From NCBI GenBank assembly GCA_965207065.1, contig OZ242260.1:3194514-3258513 (forward strand): a DNA stretch of 64,000 bases. The letters are read 5' to 3'. The notes beneath the pieces were generated by a model. The model did no database searches. It had not been told where the DNA came from and worked only from the letters and a program-made list of their open reading frames with translations. Origin of the DNA: a bacterium. GTDB lineage: Bacteria; UBA8248. The translations under genes were made by a program, and so were the position numbers. Shown here piece by piece: positions 7,468-16,102 of the stretch. The number at the start of each line of letters is the position of its first letter. Position 1 is the stretch's first letter.

Positions 7468-7710
7468 TGTAGCGGACAGGCCTCTGCGCCTGCCCGAGGC
7501 CTCCGTGCCTGTCCCTACATGAGACGGTGCGGTTTTGTTCGTCATTCCGGTGTCGGGAGCGCCCCTTCGGCAGGCTCAGGAATGCAGTTCCTCCTTTCTC
7601 AGTCGGAACTGACCCTCGATGCGCGGCTTCGCCGCCACCGGTTGCGACCGGCATCCGGCCGCGGCGGAACCTTTACGGAATCTTTACCCCCCTCCGGCGC
7701 AATCGCTGGT
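7468..7710. repeat. REP/MITE-like element (long form)
   Basis: GTAGCGGACAGGCCTCTGCGCCTGCCCGAGGCCTCCGTGCCTGTCCCTAC, then gcggttttgttcgtcattccggtg..., ending with ccggcgcaatcgct. Confidence 0.75.
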
Positions 7711-7790
7711 AGCATCCCCGCACTGTCGAAATCTTCCACGGGGTGCGGACTTCACCGGGCGGGCGGCGGCGTTCCGTCGAGAGAGGGGTG

Positions 7791-8174
7791 ATGGAGCGAT
7801 ACTCGGATGAAAAGGTCCGCCGAGTGGTGGCCGGCATCATACCGACCCTGGATTCGAAACACACGACCGAAGCCTTCTTCCAGGCGGCGGCGATGATGGT
7901 GTTGAAACGGCTCGAGAAGAAGATCGGCATCGTCGTCCTGGACACGTCCACGCTTTCGATGACGCGGCAGTACGGCGCGCCGGACATCATCCTCTGCCGG
8001 GCCGGGGGGGAGTATGTCGCCATCGACCTCAAGGCGGGGAAGAACGACCTTTCCACGCGTCAGCAGCGGTTCCGGGAGCGTGTGATCAGAGCCGGCGGCA
8101 AGTACTTCGTGTGCCGGACGCTCCGCAACGTGATTGACGCCGCGGTGAGCGGCGACCTGGACCCGGACGAGTAA
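7791..8174 (+). CDS. VRR-NUC domain protein (PD-(D/E)XK nuclease)
   Basis: 127 aa. ...DIILCRAGGEYVAIDLKAGKNDLSTRQQRFRERVIRAGGKYFVCRTLRNVIDAV matches the VRR-NUC core (D..E.K..LS..Q). ATG preceded by GAGAGGGG. Confidence 0.6.
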   Translation: MERYSDEKVRRVVAGIIPTLDSKHTTEAFFQAAAMMVLKRLEKKIGIVVLDTSTLSMTRQYGAPDIILCRAGGEYVAIDLKAGKNDLSTRQQRFRERVIRAGGKYFVCRTLRNVIDAAVSGDLDPDE

Positions 8175-8877
8175 TTCCCTTCTCGGGGGACGCCTCTTTC
8201 CCGGCGGAAACGATTGACGGTCGCGTTACACTTTCGTCCCGGCCGTGATGGCAGCACCCGAGCAGCGTTAGTTTGGTGTCTGTCCAACCGTAACTGGTTT
8301 TTCCTGATGCTCTCTGCACCATCAATGTCGACACGATTTTCAGGCTCCTTCGGTGCGTGGACGGCATTCCGACATCGATTTTCATCACGTAGAGGGCAAC
8401 TACAATCCGGATCCGGTCGGCGCTATGACCTATTCCGTCACGGGATGAGCGAACGTGTACGACGATTGTAACAGTTCGGCGGAGGGGTGATAACTTAGTC
8501 GATGCCGGAGACATTCGTAGGAATTGCGCGGTGTAGCCAGCTTCAGCAGGTGCTTTCCTTTTCTTTATCACCCCACGACCGAACGAATACACTTAACCCG
8601 ACCGGAAACTGCCTGCATGCGCTGGAGTTGAAATGAATCCGCTTTCGGTATGATTACAGACTGCGAAAGACGGGTTTTCGGTGAGATTGAAAAATTAAAT
8701 ATAATTATATATATCAATAAGATACGAGTATTTCATGATTATTGAGAATGCTCTGGCGTCTCTAAAAGGAGCGCTTGTATCGAAGGGCGCTCTCGATGTG
8801 CCCCGTTTGACCCACCCTCCTCGGTCGGGTCAAACCCTCGATACGGCCCTTTACGCCTGCCCGGGATGAGGGGGAGT

Positions 8878-9090
8878 CCGTAGGGACAGGTCGCGACCTG
8901 TGCTCATCCTCTCATCGACCGGGAAAAACCACCGTCATTCCGGCGCATGCCGGAATCCAGAGTGGATGTGTGCGAATATGCGCGGTGCTTCATGCCCTCT
9001 CATCGGCAGGAATACGGCAGAAAAGAAATACAATGGCAAAACCACTGGATTCCGGCATGCGCCGGAATGACGGGCGAAACACGCGCGCTG
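8878..9090. repeat. REP/MITE-like element with two cattccggcgcatgccggaat hairpins
   Basis: GTAGGGACAGGTCGCGACCTGTGC, then accgtcattccggcgcatgccggaatcc, ~90-bp spacer, ggattccggcatgcgccggaatgac. Confidence 0.75.
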
Positions 9091-9381
9091 CAGGAACAAC
9101 CCCTCCTCGGGGTAGTCCTGCCCCTCGTGGTTGTCCATTTTCAGTGTGGGCGCGGCCTGGGCAGGCAAAGGGGCCCGCCCCTGCGTCTTCATCCCGCTCA
9201 TTGTTCCAGGCCCGGCCCTGAGCTAACCTGCCAGGGAACCATCCGCTTGAGGCCGGTCGAACCAAAGGCGGAATGCCGAAAGCATGTCAGAGTGCGCCCC
9301 GAAAGGAACGCATCTTAGGCTTGGCGCAATCTGCGTGCGGGGTAGCGGATCTCAAACCGAAAACAATCGGAGGAACGTACG

Positions 9382-10320
9382 ATGCTGAGCAGAAGGAACC
9401 GGTTTTCACTTCTTGCAGCAGTCGTGTCGTTCCTGATGATGTTGTCCGGTTGTGGAGGTGGCGGTCAGGGCGCCGGGTCCGTGATTCTGGAGACGAATGA
9501 AATTGAAGGCGTTTTGAGCGACTTGAGGAGCGATGCGAAATCTCCCGCGCTTGCTCGATTTGGTGCTGATCCTCCTCCTCCGGACGTCCCGACGTGTCAG
9601 GCGCTTCTATTGGGATGTGAAGGAGGCCTCGGGCCGGCTCACTACAGGGCGGTTGGCAAGTTTGACTTTTCCGGCTTTCGTTTCACGGAACGTCGCCGCG
9701 GCGTGTCTTTGGCGGAAAGGAGGCGAGTTTCAGGAGGAGGAGGCGATACGACCAGCTACCGTGCCTTGGCCGGCTGGATCGACCATAGTTTTTTCCTTGT
9801 CGAGACTCCCGGAATCGGGGTGTCTGAAGATAACCGGGTTTTCGCAAATTACTATGGCGCCTATTCGATAGGAAACGTAATAGATTCGAATCCGGATGTT
9901 TTGGCTGGCGCCGCCGCGACGTGGTCTGGGATTATGGTTGGTATCCGTATTGCCGAGCCGGACAGTTTCGTCAAAGGCGACGCCACAATCACGGTTTCCA
10001 ATCCGCGAAGAAATGCTGATCTGCTGGTCGATGTCGAGTTCAGCAATATGAAAGACGAACAAACGGGTGCGAATTTCGATGATGTTTCCTGGGAAGGTCT
10101 GGCGCTCAAAGACGGTTCGTTCGGAGTCGTTCCTGTCAGCGGCGACGAGGCGGATGCCAGCCGGCATCCTGCGAGGAGAGGGGTATCCGGCCGGTTCTAT
10201 GGTCAAAACCATGAGGAAGTGGGCGGCTTGTTCGGTTTCACGACGGCTGTTGCTGAAAATGACGGGGGCATTGGAGATATTCATGATGTTTCCGGCGCAT
10301 TTGGAGCCAGGCGCGACTAG
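9382..10320 (+). CDS. TbpB/fHbp-fold surface lipoprotein (putative Slam-dependent SLP)
   Basis: GGAGGA RBS. Lipobox LSGC followed by a Gly-rich tether. C-terminus RRGVSGRFYGQNHEEVGGLFGF...SGAFGARRD is the canonical TbpB_B_D barrel ending. Confidence 0.7.
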   Translation: MLSRRNRFSLLAAVVSFLMMLSGCGGGGQGAGSVILETNEIEGVLSDLRSDAKSPALARFGADPPPPDVPTCQALLLGCEGGLGPAHYRAVGKFDFSGFRFTERRRGVSLAERRRVSGGGGDTTSYRALAGWIDHSFFLVETPGIGVSEDNRVFANYYGAYSIGNVIDSNPDVLAGAAATWSGIMVGIRIAEPDSFVKGDATITVSNPRRNADLLVDVEFSNMKDEQTGANFDDVSWEGLALKDGSFGVVPVSGDEADASRHPARRGVSGRFYGQNHEEVGGLFGFTTAVAENDGGIGDIHDVSGAFGARRD

Positions 10321-10504
10321 TCCGGCCGCTGCGTGAAGGTGAAGGTATCTTGTTTTCCATTGCCGGAAATCATTCGGATTCATGGCGGCGAAGCCGCGTT
10401 TGCCGTAGGGGCAACCCCTCCTCGGAGCTGCTCCACTATTCGCGAAAGTGGGCCGCCTGCGAGTGGTCCCCACCAGGATCGCCGTTCTCTTGTTCATCGA
10501 ACGA

Positions 10505-10550
10505 GATAGACCACCGTCATTCCGGCGCATACCGGAATGACGAACAAAAC
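10505..10550. repeat. Solo cattccggcgcataccggaatg palindromic unit
   Basis: accaccgtcattccggcgcataccggaatgacgaac; same unit as in the composite elements. Confidence 0.7.
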
Positions 10551-10612
10551 AGGACTCCCTCGTAGTGGGCCGTTCTTGCTTGTGAGTGATCCTCATTCAC
10601 GAACTCGCGGGC

Positions 10613-10640
10613 TTGACATCGGCATGATATTCCCTATATT
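10613..10640 (+). promoter_or_regulatory. Sigma70-like promoter for the RES-Xre TA operon
   Basis: TTGACA (10613-10618), 16-nt spacer, TATATT (10635-10640). About 45 nt upstream of the antitoxin ATG. Confidence 0.5.
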
Positions 10641-10684
10641 TATTAATCTAATGGATATCACGCCTCGTCCTGGAGGATGTCCGC

Positions 10685-11359
10685 ATGACTGAAGCGTTGT
10701 CCCTGATCGATCTGACGCCCGGCGAAATCGACCGGCTGCCCGCCAGTCTCCGGAGGAGGATCGGTGGTTCCTCGCGCTCGGAGGATTCCCCGCCCGGCGC
10801 CTGGCTCCTCGTGGGCGAACGCACAGAGGGGCGGGCGGAACTGCTAGAACGGGCGCTCGAAATGCTGCCAACACTTGCGGCTGAACGAGGATATCGGTTA
10901 TCCGAGGCGAATATCGAGAAAATACTCGACGTCATTCTCTCGGACGCGCCCCGCCCCCGGATCGAGAATGAACTCGAAATCGACAATGCCAGGCTGCGCT
11001 CCCGGTATATTCAGGAAACGCCCCTTCTGACCGGGGCCGAGGTTCGCGCCGCTTCGGGCTTGAAGCCGCGCAACAAGAGCGAGCCCGCTTCCCGCTGGAA
11101 AAGGGAGGGCAAGCTGTTCGCAGTGCGCCGCTCGGGGATTGACCACTATCCGGCCTTTCAGTTCGCAGACGGCTCGCCGCGGCCGGCCATCAAGGCGATT
11201 CTCGCCGCTTTGCCGAAGGACATGACCGGTTGGCAAATCGCCATGTGGTTCGCATCCGGTAACGGCTGGCTGGACGGCGCAGAACCGCAGGAACGTCTCT
11301 CCGATCCGGACGCCGTCGTCGAAGCGGCCTGCAGTCTGGCTGATCCGGCGGTCGGGTAG
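10685..11359 (+). CDS. Xre/ParS/MbcA-family antitoxin (DUF2384 toxin-binding domain) of a RES-Xre TA pair
   Basis: C-terminal ...TGWQIAMWFASGNGWLDGAEPQERL matches the DUF2384 W..N..LGG.P motif. Sits immediately upstream of the RES gene (14-bp gap). GGAGGA RBS. Confidence 0.65.
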   Translation: MTEALSLIDLTPGEIDRLPASLRRRIGGSSRSEDSPPGAWLLVGERTEGRAELLERALEMLPTLAAERGYRLSEANIEKILDVILSDAPRPRIENELEIDNARLRSRYIQETPLLTGAEVRAASGLKPRNKSEPASRWKREGKLFAVRRSGIDHYPAFQFADGSPRPAIKAILAALPKDMTGWQIAMWFASGNGWLDGAEPQERLSDPDAVVEAACSLADPAVG

Positions 11360-11373
11360 GGCATTTCTCCTGG

Positions 11374-12009
11374 ATGTCGATCCGAATACCCCCGTCTGCG
11401 CTCGCAGAGCCTACCCTCGTTTCACTCGAAGCCGGTGCGCTCGTGCACCGGGTGCACGACAGGAATTACGGCGCGGTCGACTTTAACCCATGCAGGGGTT
11501 CTCCCACGCGCTTCGCTCCCGTCTACGATGCGGCGGGTGAGTGCGTTCCGTCTCTTTACGCGGCCGACACGCTGGAGGCGGCGATCCATGAAACGATCTT
11601 CCACGATGTTCCCGTAACGGCAAAACGAAAGACCGTTCCCAGGACGCTCGCCCAAAGCCGAGCGCACGCCCGGCTGGAAATCCTGCGGGATTTGCGCCTC
11701 GCCTCCCTGCGCGGCCCCGACCTCAAAAGGTGGCGCATCGGACGCAGTTCGTTGATCGGCGCCTCACCCAAGCTCTATACCGAGACCGCCCGGTGGGCGA
11801 GCGCCATTCACCACCAGTTTCCCGAAGTCCATGGCCTGCTCTGGACCTCGAACCAGTGCGATCCGGACAGTGCATACCTGTTCTTCGGAGACCGCGTCGC
11901 GCCGGAGGATTTCCGAATCCTGAACGCGCGCGATGGATTGTTCGACACGACGTTTCTCTCGGACGTTCGCCAGGCGGGCCGAAGATGCGGAATCACCATC
12001 ACGGTGTAG
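11374..12009 (+). CDS. RES-domain toxin (ParT/MbcT family)
   Basis: 211 aa. Conserved R (GSPTRFAP), E (LEAAIHE) and S (WTSNQCD) positions of RES domains. Paired with the Xre antitoxin. Confidence 0.7.
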   Translation: MSIRIPPSALAEPTLVSLEAGALVHRVHDRNYGAVDFNPCRGSPTRFAPVYDAAGECVPSLYAADTLEAAIHETIFHDVPVTAKRKTVPRTLAQSRAHARLEILRDLRLASLRGPDLKRWRIGRSSLIGASPKLYTETARWASAIHHQFPEVHGLLWTSNQCDPDSAYLFFGDRVAPEDFRILNARDGLFDTTFLSDVRQAGRRCGITITV

Positions 12010-12057
12010 GTCGACTTTTTCTTTTCTTGTCGTTTGGCCTGCCGAGGAGAGAGGGTT

Positions 12058-12330
12058 ATCGGTTCGCCGTAGCGGACAGGCCCCTGCGCCTGTCCGTGCT
12101 CCTGCGCCTGTCCGAGGCCTCCGCGCCTGTCCTGACGATGGGCAATCACGGGTATAGGCATATCCCATCTACGGACGGCCACGGGGGGCCGCCCCTACAA
12201 TAGATTCGATGGTCACATGCGTAGGGGCGGACCGACGCGTCCGCCTTGCGTCGTTCGCTCGTCAACGTATTTGTAGGGGCTGGATGTTCAGCGTAGGGAC
12301 AGGCCCCTGTGCCTGTCCGGGGTCGTGACC
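12058..12330. repeat. Cluster of REP hairpins (BIME-like) at the right border of the accessory region
   Basis: Three GGACAGGCCCCTG(C/T)GCCTGTCC units, one followed by CTGCGCCTGTCCGAGGCCTCCGCGCCTGTCC, plus GGCCGCCCCTAC motifs. Confidence 0.75.
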
Positions 12331-12486
12331 TGTCCAAGCCCGCTCCCCGTGCCGTCGCCGCAGACCCTGAAAGGAACAATAACTCTCAAAATTCCGCCTT
12401 CCCGCCCCGCCGGGCGTTGCTTCCCCGCGAAAATTCCCGTATCCCCTTGAACCAGAGCTTGATGAGGTTGGCGCAAAGCGGGGAGT

Positions 12487-13611
12487 ATGAACGTGTATAT
12501 CCTGGGCGTGGAAACGAGTTGCGACGAGACGGCGGCGGCCGTTTTGGAGTTCGAGGCTGGTTCCACCCCCCGTGTCGCTTCCAACGTCGTGGCCTCGCAG
12601 CACGAGATCCACGAGAAATACGGCGGCGTGGTCCCCGAACTCGCGGCCCGCCGCCACGTGGAGATGATAGCGCCCGTCCTGGAGGCTGCCTTGGAAGAAG
12701 CCTCGGTTTCGGCGGAAAAAATCGACGCCGTGGCGGTCACGCGCGGCCCCGGCCTGGTGGTGGCCCTGCTCGTGGGCCTCTCCGCGGCGAAGGGACTGGC
12801 GTTTGGCCTGGGCGTTCCGCTCATCGATGTCCATCATCTCGACGGGCACGTTCACTCGCTGTTTCTGCCGGCGGAAGACGGGAGCGCAGCACCTCCCCCG
12901 TTCCCGCATCTGGGCTTCGTGGTATCGGGTGGGCACACGGATTTCTACCGCGTGGACGGGCATTCCGGGGTAACGCACCTGGGCGGCACGCTGGATGACG
13001 CCTTGGGCGAGGCCTACGACAAGGTGGCGGCCATCATGGGGCTGGGCTATCCGGGCGGTCCCATCGTCGATCGCCTGCACGCGAAGTTTCTGGAGGCGAA
13101 CGGGAGCGGCGCCGCTCCGGTCGAGTTCCCCCGGCCGCATCTGGCGGACAGGCCCTACGCCTTCAGCTTCAGCGGGTTGAAAACGGCTGTGTTAAACTAC
13201 CAGAAAGAACGAGGGCTGTACCTGAGCGATAGGAACCTCCCCCCCTGGGCGCGTCCCCAGGAAGTCCCCGAAGAGGTGGCTTGCGCCGTGGCCGCGGGTT
13301 TTCAGGAGGCGGCGGTGGAGGTCCTGGTGGAGAAGGTGAGCAGGGTGGTTCGCCGGGAAAAGCTGCCCGCCGTCTCCGTGAGCGGGGGCGTGGCCGCGAA
13401 CTCGTATCTTCGCAGGAAGCTGGGCGAGCGGGCGTCGCAAGAGGACTGGTCGCTCCATTTCCCCGCGCGCAAATACTGCACGGACAACGCCGCCATGATC
13501 GCCTGCGCGGGCGGCTTCAGGCTCAGGGAACGCGGGCGCGAGGCATTCATGGATTTCACCGATCTGGATGCGGACCCTTCCTGGGAACTGGGAGATGCGT
13601 CGGATGGATAG
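12487..13611 (+). CDS. tsaD: tRNA N6-adenosine threonylcarbamoyltransferase
   Basis: MNVYILGVETSCDETAAAV... Kae1/TsaD signature; 374 aa. Confidence 0.9.
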   Translation: MNVYILGVETSCDETAAAVLEFEAGSTPRVASNVVASQHEIHEKYGGVVPELAARRHVEMIAPVLEAALEEASVSAEKIDAVAVTRGPGLVVALLVGLSAAKGLAFGLGVPLIDVHHLDGHVHSLFLPAEDGSAAPPPFPHLGFVVSGGHTDFYRVDGHSGVTHLGGTLDDALGEAYDKVAAIMGLGYPGGPIVDRLHAKFLEANGSGAAPVEFPRPHLADRPYAFSFSGLKTAVLNYQKERGLYLSDRNLPPWARPQEVPEEVACAVAAGFQEAAVEVLVEKVSRVVRREKLPAVSVSGGVAANSYLRRKLGERASQEDWSLHFPARKYCTDNAAMIACAGGFRLRERGREAFMDFTDLDADPSWELGDASDG

Positions 13612-13632
13612 CGTTTTAGAGAGGATGAACTG

Positions 13633-14730
13633 ATGCGCCCAGAAGAAGCGGGCCCGAGCGTAAATGAGGAGAGGCTTGAGGCCGTTCCCCCGCCGCCCGA
13701 GGGTTTCGATGCGCCCCTGGAGATCGGCGGGGTGAAGATCGAGAACCGCCTCGTCATGGCGCCCATGGCGGGTTATACGAATCTGCCCTTCCGCACGCTG
13801 GTCAAGGCGCACGGCGCAGGCATGGTGGCCACCGAGATGGTGAGCAGCCAGGCCTTGGTGCGGCGGCACCAGAAGACGTATGACCTGATGCGAAACGACG
13901 CGGCGGAAAAGCCGGTCTCCATCCAGCTTTTCGGCGCGGATCCGGCCCAGATGGGCGAGGCGGCGGCCATCGTGGAAGAAGCGGGTGCCGACATCGTCGA
14001 TCTCAACTGCGGATGCCCCGTCAAGAAGATAACGAAAAACCAGGCGGGCTCATCGCTGCTCAGGTACCCCGAGCGGGCGCACGAGATCGTCTCCGCCATG
14101 GTTCGCGCCGTGCGCATTCCCGTGACGGTGAAGATGCGCACCGGCTGGGACACCGTAGAGCGGAACTCTGCGGAGGTCTTCGCCAGGGCGGTGGAAGACG
14201 CGGGCGCAAAGGCCATCACCGTGCACGGCAGGACCCGGCAGGCCATGTTCAGCGGCGCGGTGGACCTGGACGCCATCGCGCGGGTCAAGCGCGCAGTCAG
14301 GGTACCCGTCCTGGGGAACGGGAGCATCCTGAGTCCTCAGGACGCGATCGCCATGATTCGCCGCACCGGCGTGGACGCCCTGATGATCGGGCGCGGCGCG
14401 GTCGGCAATCCGTGGATTTTCTCGCGCCTGCTCCACTGGCTAAAAACCGGAGAATTGCCCGCACCGCCCGGCTTGGCCGAGAAGAAGAACATGGCGATTC
14501 GCCACCTGGGGCTCCTCCGAGAGGTGCTGGGCGAGCGGCTCGCCGCCTTCCACTCCCGGAAGCATCTGCCCGCCTACACGAAGGGCCTTCGGGGAGGCTC
14601 GGCGATGCGCGAAAGGGTGAACCGGCTGGAGGATATGGACGCCGTACTCCGCGAGGTGGAGGCTTTCTTCGATAATCTGGCCTTGCGCTCCCGGATGATC
14701 GGGGCAGGGGAGAGCGCTCATGCGGCTTGA
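13633..14730 (+). CDS. dusB: tRNA-dihydrouridine synthase (DusB family)
   Basis: NRLVMAPMAGYTNLPFR, DLNCGCPVKK TIM-barrel Dus motifs. Confidence 0.8.
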   Translation: MRPEEAGPSVNEERLEAVPPPPEGFDAPLEIGGVKIENRLVMAPMAGYTNLPFRTLVKAHGAGMVATEMVSSQALVRRHQKTYDLMRNDAAEKPVSIQLFGADPAQMGEAAAIVEEAGADIVDLNCGCPVKKITKNQAGSSLLRYPERAHEIVSAMVRAVRIPVTVKMRTGWDTVERNSAEVFARAVEDAGAKAITVHGRTRQAMFSGAVDLDAIARVKRAVRVPVLGNGSILSPQDAIAMIRRTGVDALMIGRGAVGNPWIFSRLLHWLKTGELPAPPGLAEKKNMAIRHLGLLREVLGERLAAFHSRKHLPAYTKGLRGGSAMRERVNRLEDMDAVLREVEAFFDNLALRSRMIGAGESAHAA

Positions 14731-15502
14731 GGGCAGACGCGCCTTCGTTACCGGCGGAGGTCGTGGCATCGGGCGCGCCATCGCGCTCAAATTCGCAGAG
14801 GCGGGCGCGGACGTGGCCGTCGCCGCGAGAACGCGTGCCGAAATCGACGCTGTCGCCGGGGAAATACAGGAAACGGGGCGGCGCTCATTGGCGATTCCCT
14901 GCGATGTGGGCGACTCCAAAGAGGTGGACGAAGCCGTTCAGCAAACGAGCCGGGAGCTGGGCGGCGTGGACGTCCTGGTCGCCAACGCGGGCGCGCTCGT
15001 ACACGCGCCGCTGGGCGAGACCACCGACGCCCTTTGGGACGAAATGATGCGCGTGAACCTGAATGGCGCCTTCTACGCCTTTCGCGCGGCGATCGGCGGG
15101 ATGAGCGAGCGCGGCTGGGGCCGCCTCATCGCGATCAGCTCGGTGTCGGGCAAGATCGGCGGGCCGAACCGCAGCGCCTACCACGCGGCGAAACACGGCG
15201 TCCTGGGCCTGGTCCGCTCGGTGGCGCTCGAAGCGGCGGCGGCGGGCGTCACCGTGAACGCGATTTGCCCCGGCTTCGTGGAAACGGGAATGGTCGCCAC
15301 ATTTCGGGAAGGTCTAGCCGAACAAACCGAGGGTGGAGAAAGCGCGGAGGAGGCGATGAATCGCTACCGGGACGAGGTCCCCATGGGGCGCTTCCTGGCG
15401 CCCGAGGAGATCGCCGCGATGGCCTTGTACCTCGCGAGCGAGGAGGCGGGCGGCATCACCGGGCAGGCCTACACCATCTCCTGCGGCGCGATTCAGATCT
15501 GA
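14720..15502 (+). CDS. Short-chain dehydrogenase/reductase (FabG-like)
   Basis: TGGGRGIGRAIA Rossmann motif, YHAAK catalytic motif. Confidence 0.8.
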   Translation: MRLEGRRAFVTGGGRGIGRAIALKFAEAGADVAVAARTRAEIDAVAGEIQETGRRSLAIPCDVGDSKEVDEAVQQTSRELGGVDVLVANAGALVHAPLGETTDALWDEMMRVNLNGAFYAFRAAIGGMSERGWGRLIAISSVSGKIGGPNRSAYHAAKHGVLGLVRSVALEAAAAGVTVNAICPGFVETGMVATFREGLAEQTEGGESAEEAMNRYRDEVPMGRFLAPEEIAAMALYLASEEAGGITGQAYTISCGAIQI

Positions 15503-15555
15503 GGGAAAACGCGGCCTGTAGGGGACTGTTGAAAAAGCCCTTGAGTGGGTAAAGG

Positions 15556-15680
15556 CAACCCCCCCTACCCCCCCTTGTCAGGGGGGCAAGAAAAAGCAAA
15601 ACCCCCTCTGCCCGGCGGGGGCGCATCGCCTTTTTATACCCCCCTGACAAGGGGGGGTAGGGGGGGGTGGTTTTCCAGTC
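15556..15680. repeat. G/C-rich palindromic MITE-like element, copy 1
   Basis: ACCCCCCCTACCCCCCCTTGTCAGGGGGG ... CCCCCCTGACAAGGGGGGGTAGGGGGGGT long inverted repeat. A near-identical copy lies at 21551-21688. Confidence 0.8.
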
Positions 15681-15699
15681 GAGCGGGGTGTCTCCTCTA

Positions 15700-16035
15700 T
15701 CCCTGAAAAGTCCTCCTCGCTCGGAACCGACCACCGCCGTCATTCCGGCTTTCGCCGGAATCCAGGGACTTTGCCTTTGTTTTTTATTTCTTTTGCACTC
15801 CCGCCAATGAATGGAGGATGAAAAATCGGAGCCCCGCCATTCTCCTCGGCTCTGGATTCCGGCATGCGCCGGAATGACGATCAAAAACCGCATTCACCCG
15901 TAGAGGCGGCCCACCGTGGCCGCCCCTATCGGATATATCCATCCCCGTGGTTGCGCTTCGCAGGGATAGGCGGCGGGGGCATCGAACTGGTCACGACCTC
16001 GGACAGGCGCGGAGGCCTGTCCCTACGGGGTCATC
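15700..16035. repeat. Composite REP/MITE-like element (cattccggcgcatgccggaatg hairpins plus GTAGGGACAGGC..GCCTGTCC REP hairpin)
   Basis: Reverse-complement copy of the element at 29255-29610. Shares modules with 4938-5040, 7468-7710, 8878-9090, 10505-10550 and 12058-12330. Confidence 0.8.
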
Positions 16036-16102
16036 ACGTCGTCGACCGGGGAGATAAATGGGTTTTTCAACAACCCCCGGATGTTCCGGCTTTTGCTTCC
16101 CC

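Noticed and set aside
8086-8592. 168-aa (-) and 85-aa (+) ORFs in the low-GC stretch after VRR-NUC
   Set aside because: There are no recognisable motifs and they are mutually overlapping and poor in hydrophobic core residues. The region is better treated as non-coding or remnant DNA.
9875-9895. tRNA T-loop-like GATTCGAATCC
   Set aside because: It lies inside the lipoprotein CDS with no acceptor/anticodon stem context, so it is a coincidental match.
9730-10596. 288-aa ORF on the - strand
   Set aside because: It is antisense to the well-supported TbpB-fold lipoprotein gene.
12262-13140. 292-aa ORF on the - strand and other high-GC shadow ORFs (1281..2105, 1411..1998, 12309..12998)
   Set aside because: They overlap tsaD or the tra genes on the opposite strand, or sit out of frame, with Arg/Gly/Pro-rich low-complexity translations.
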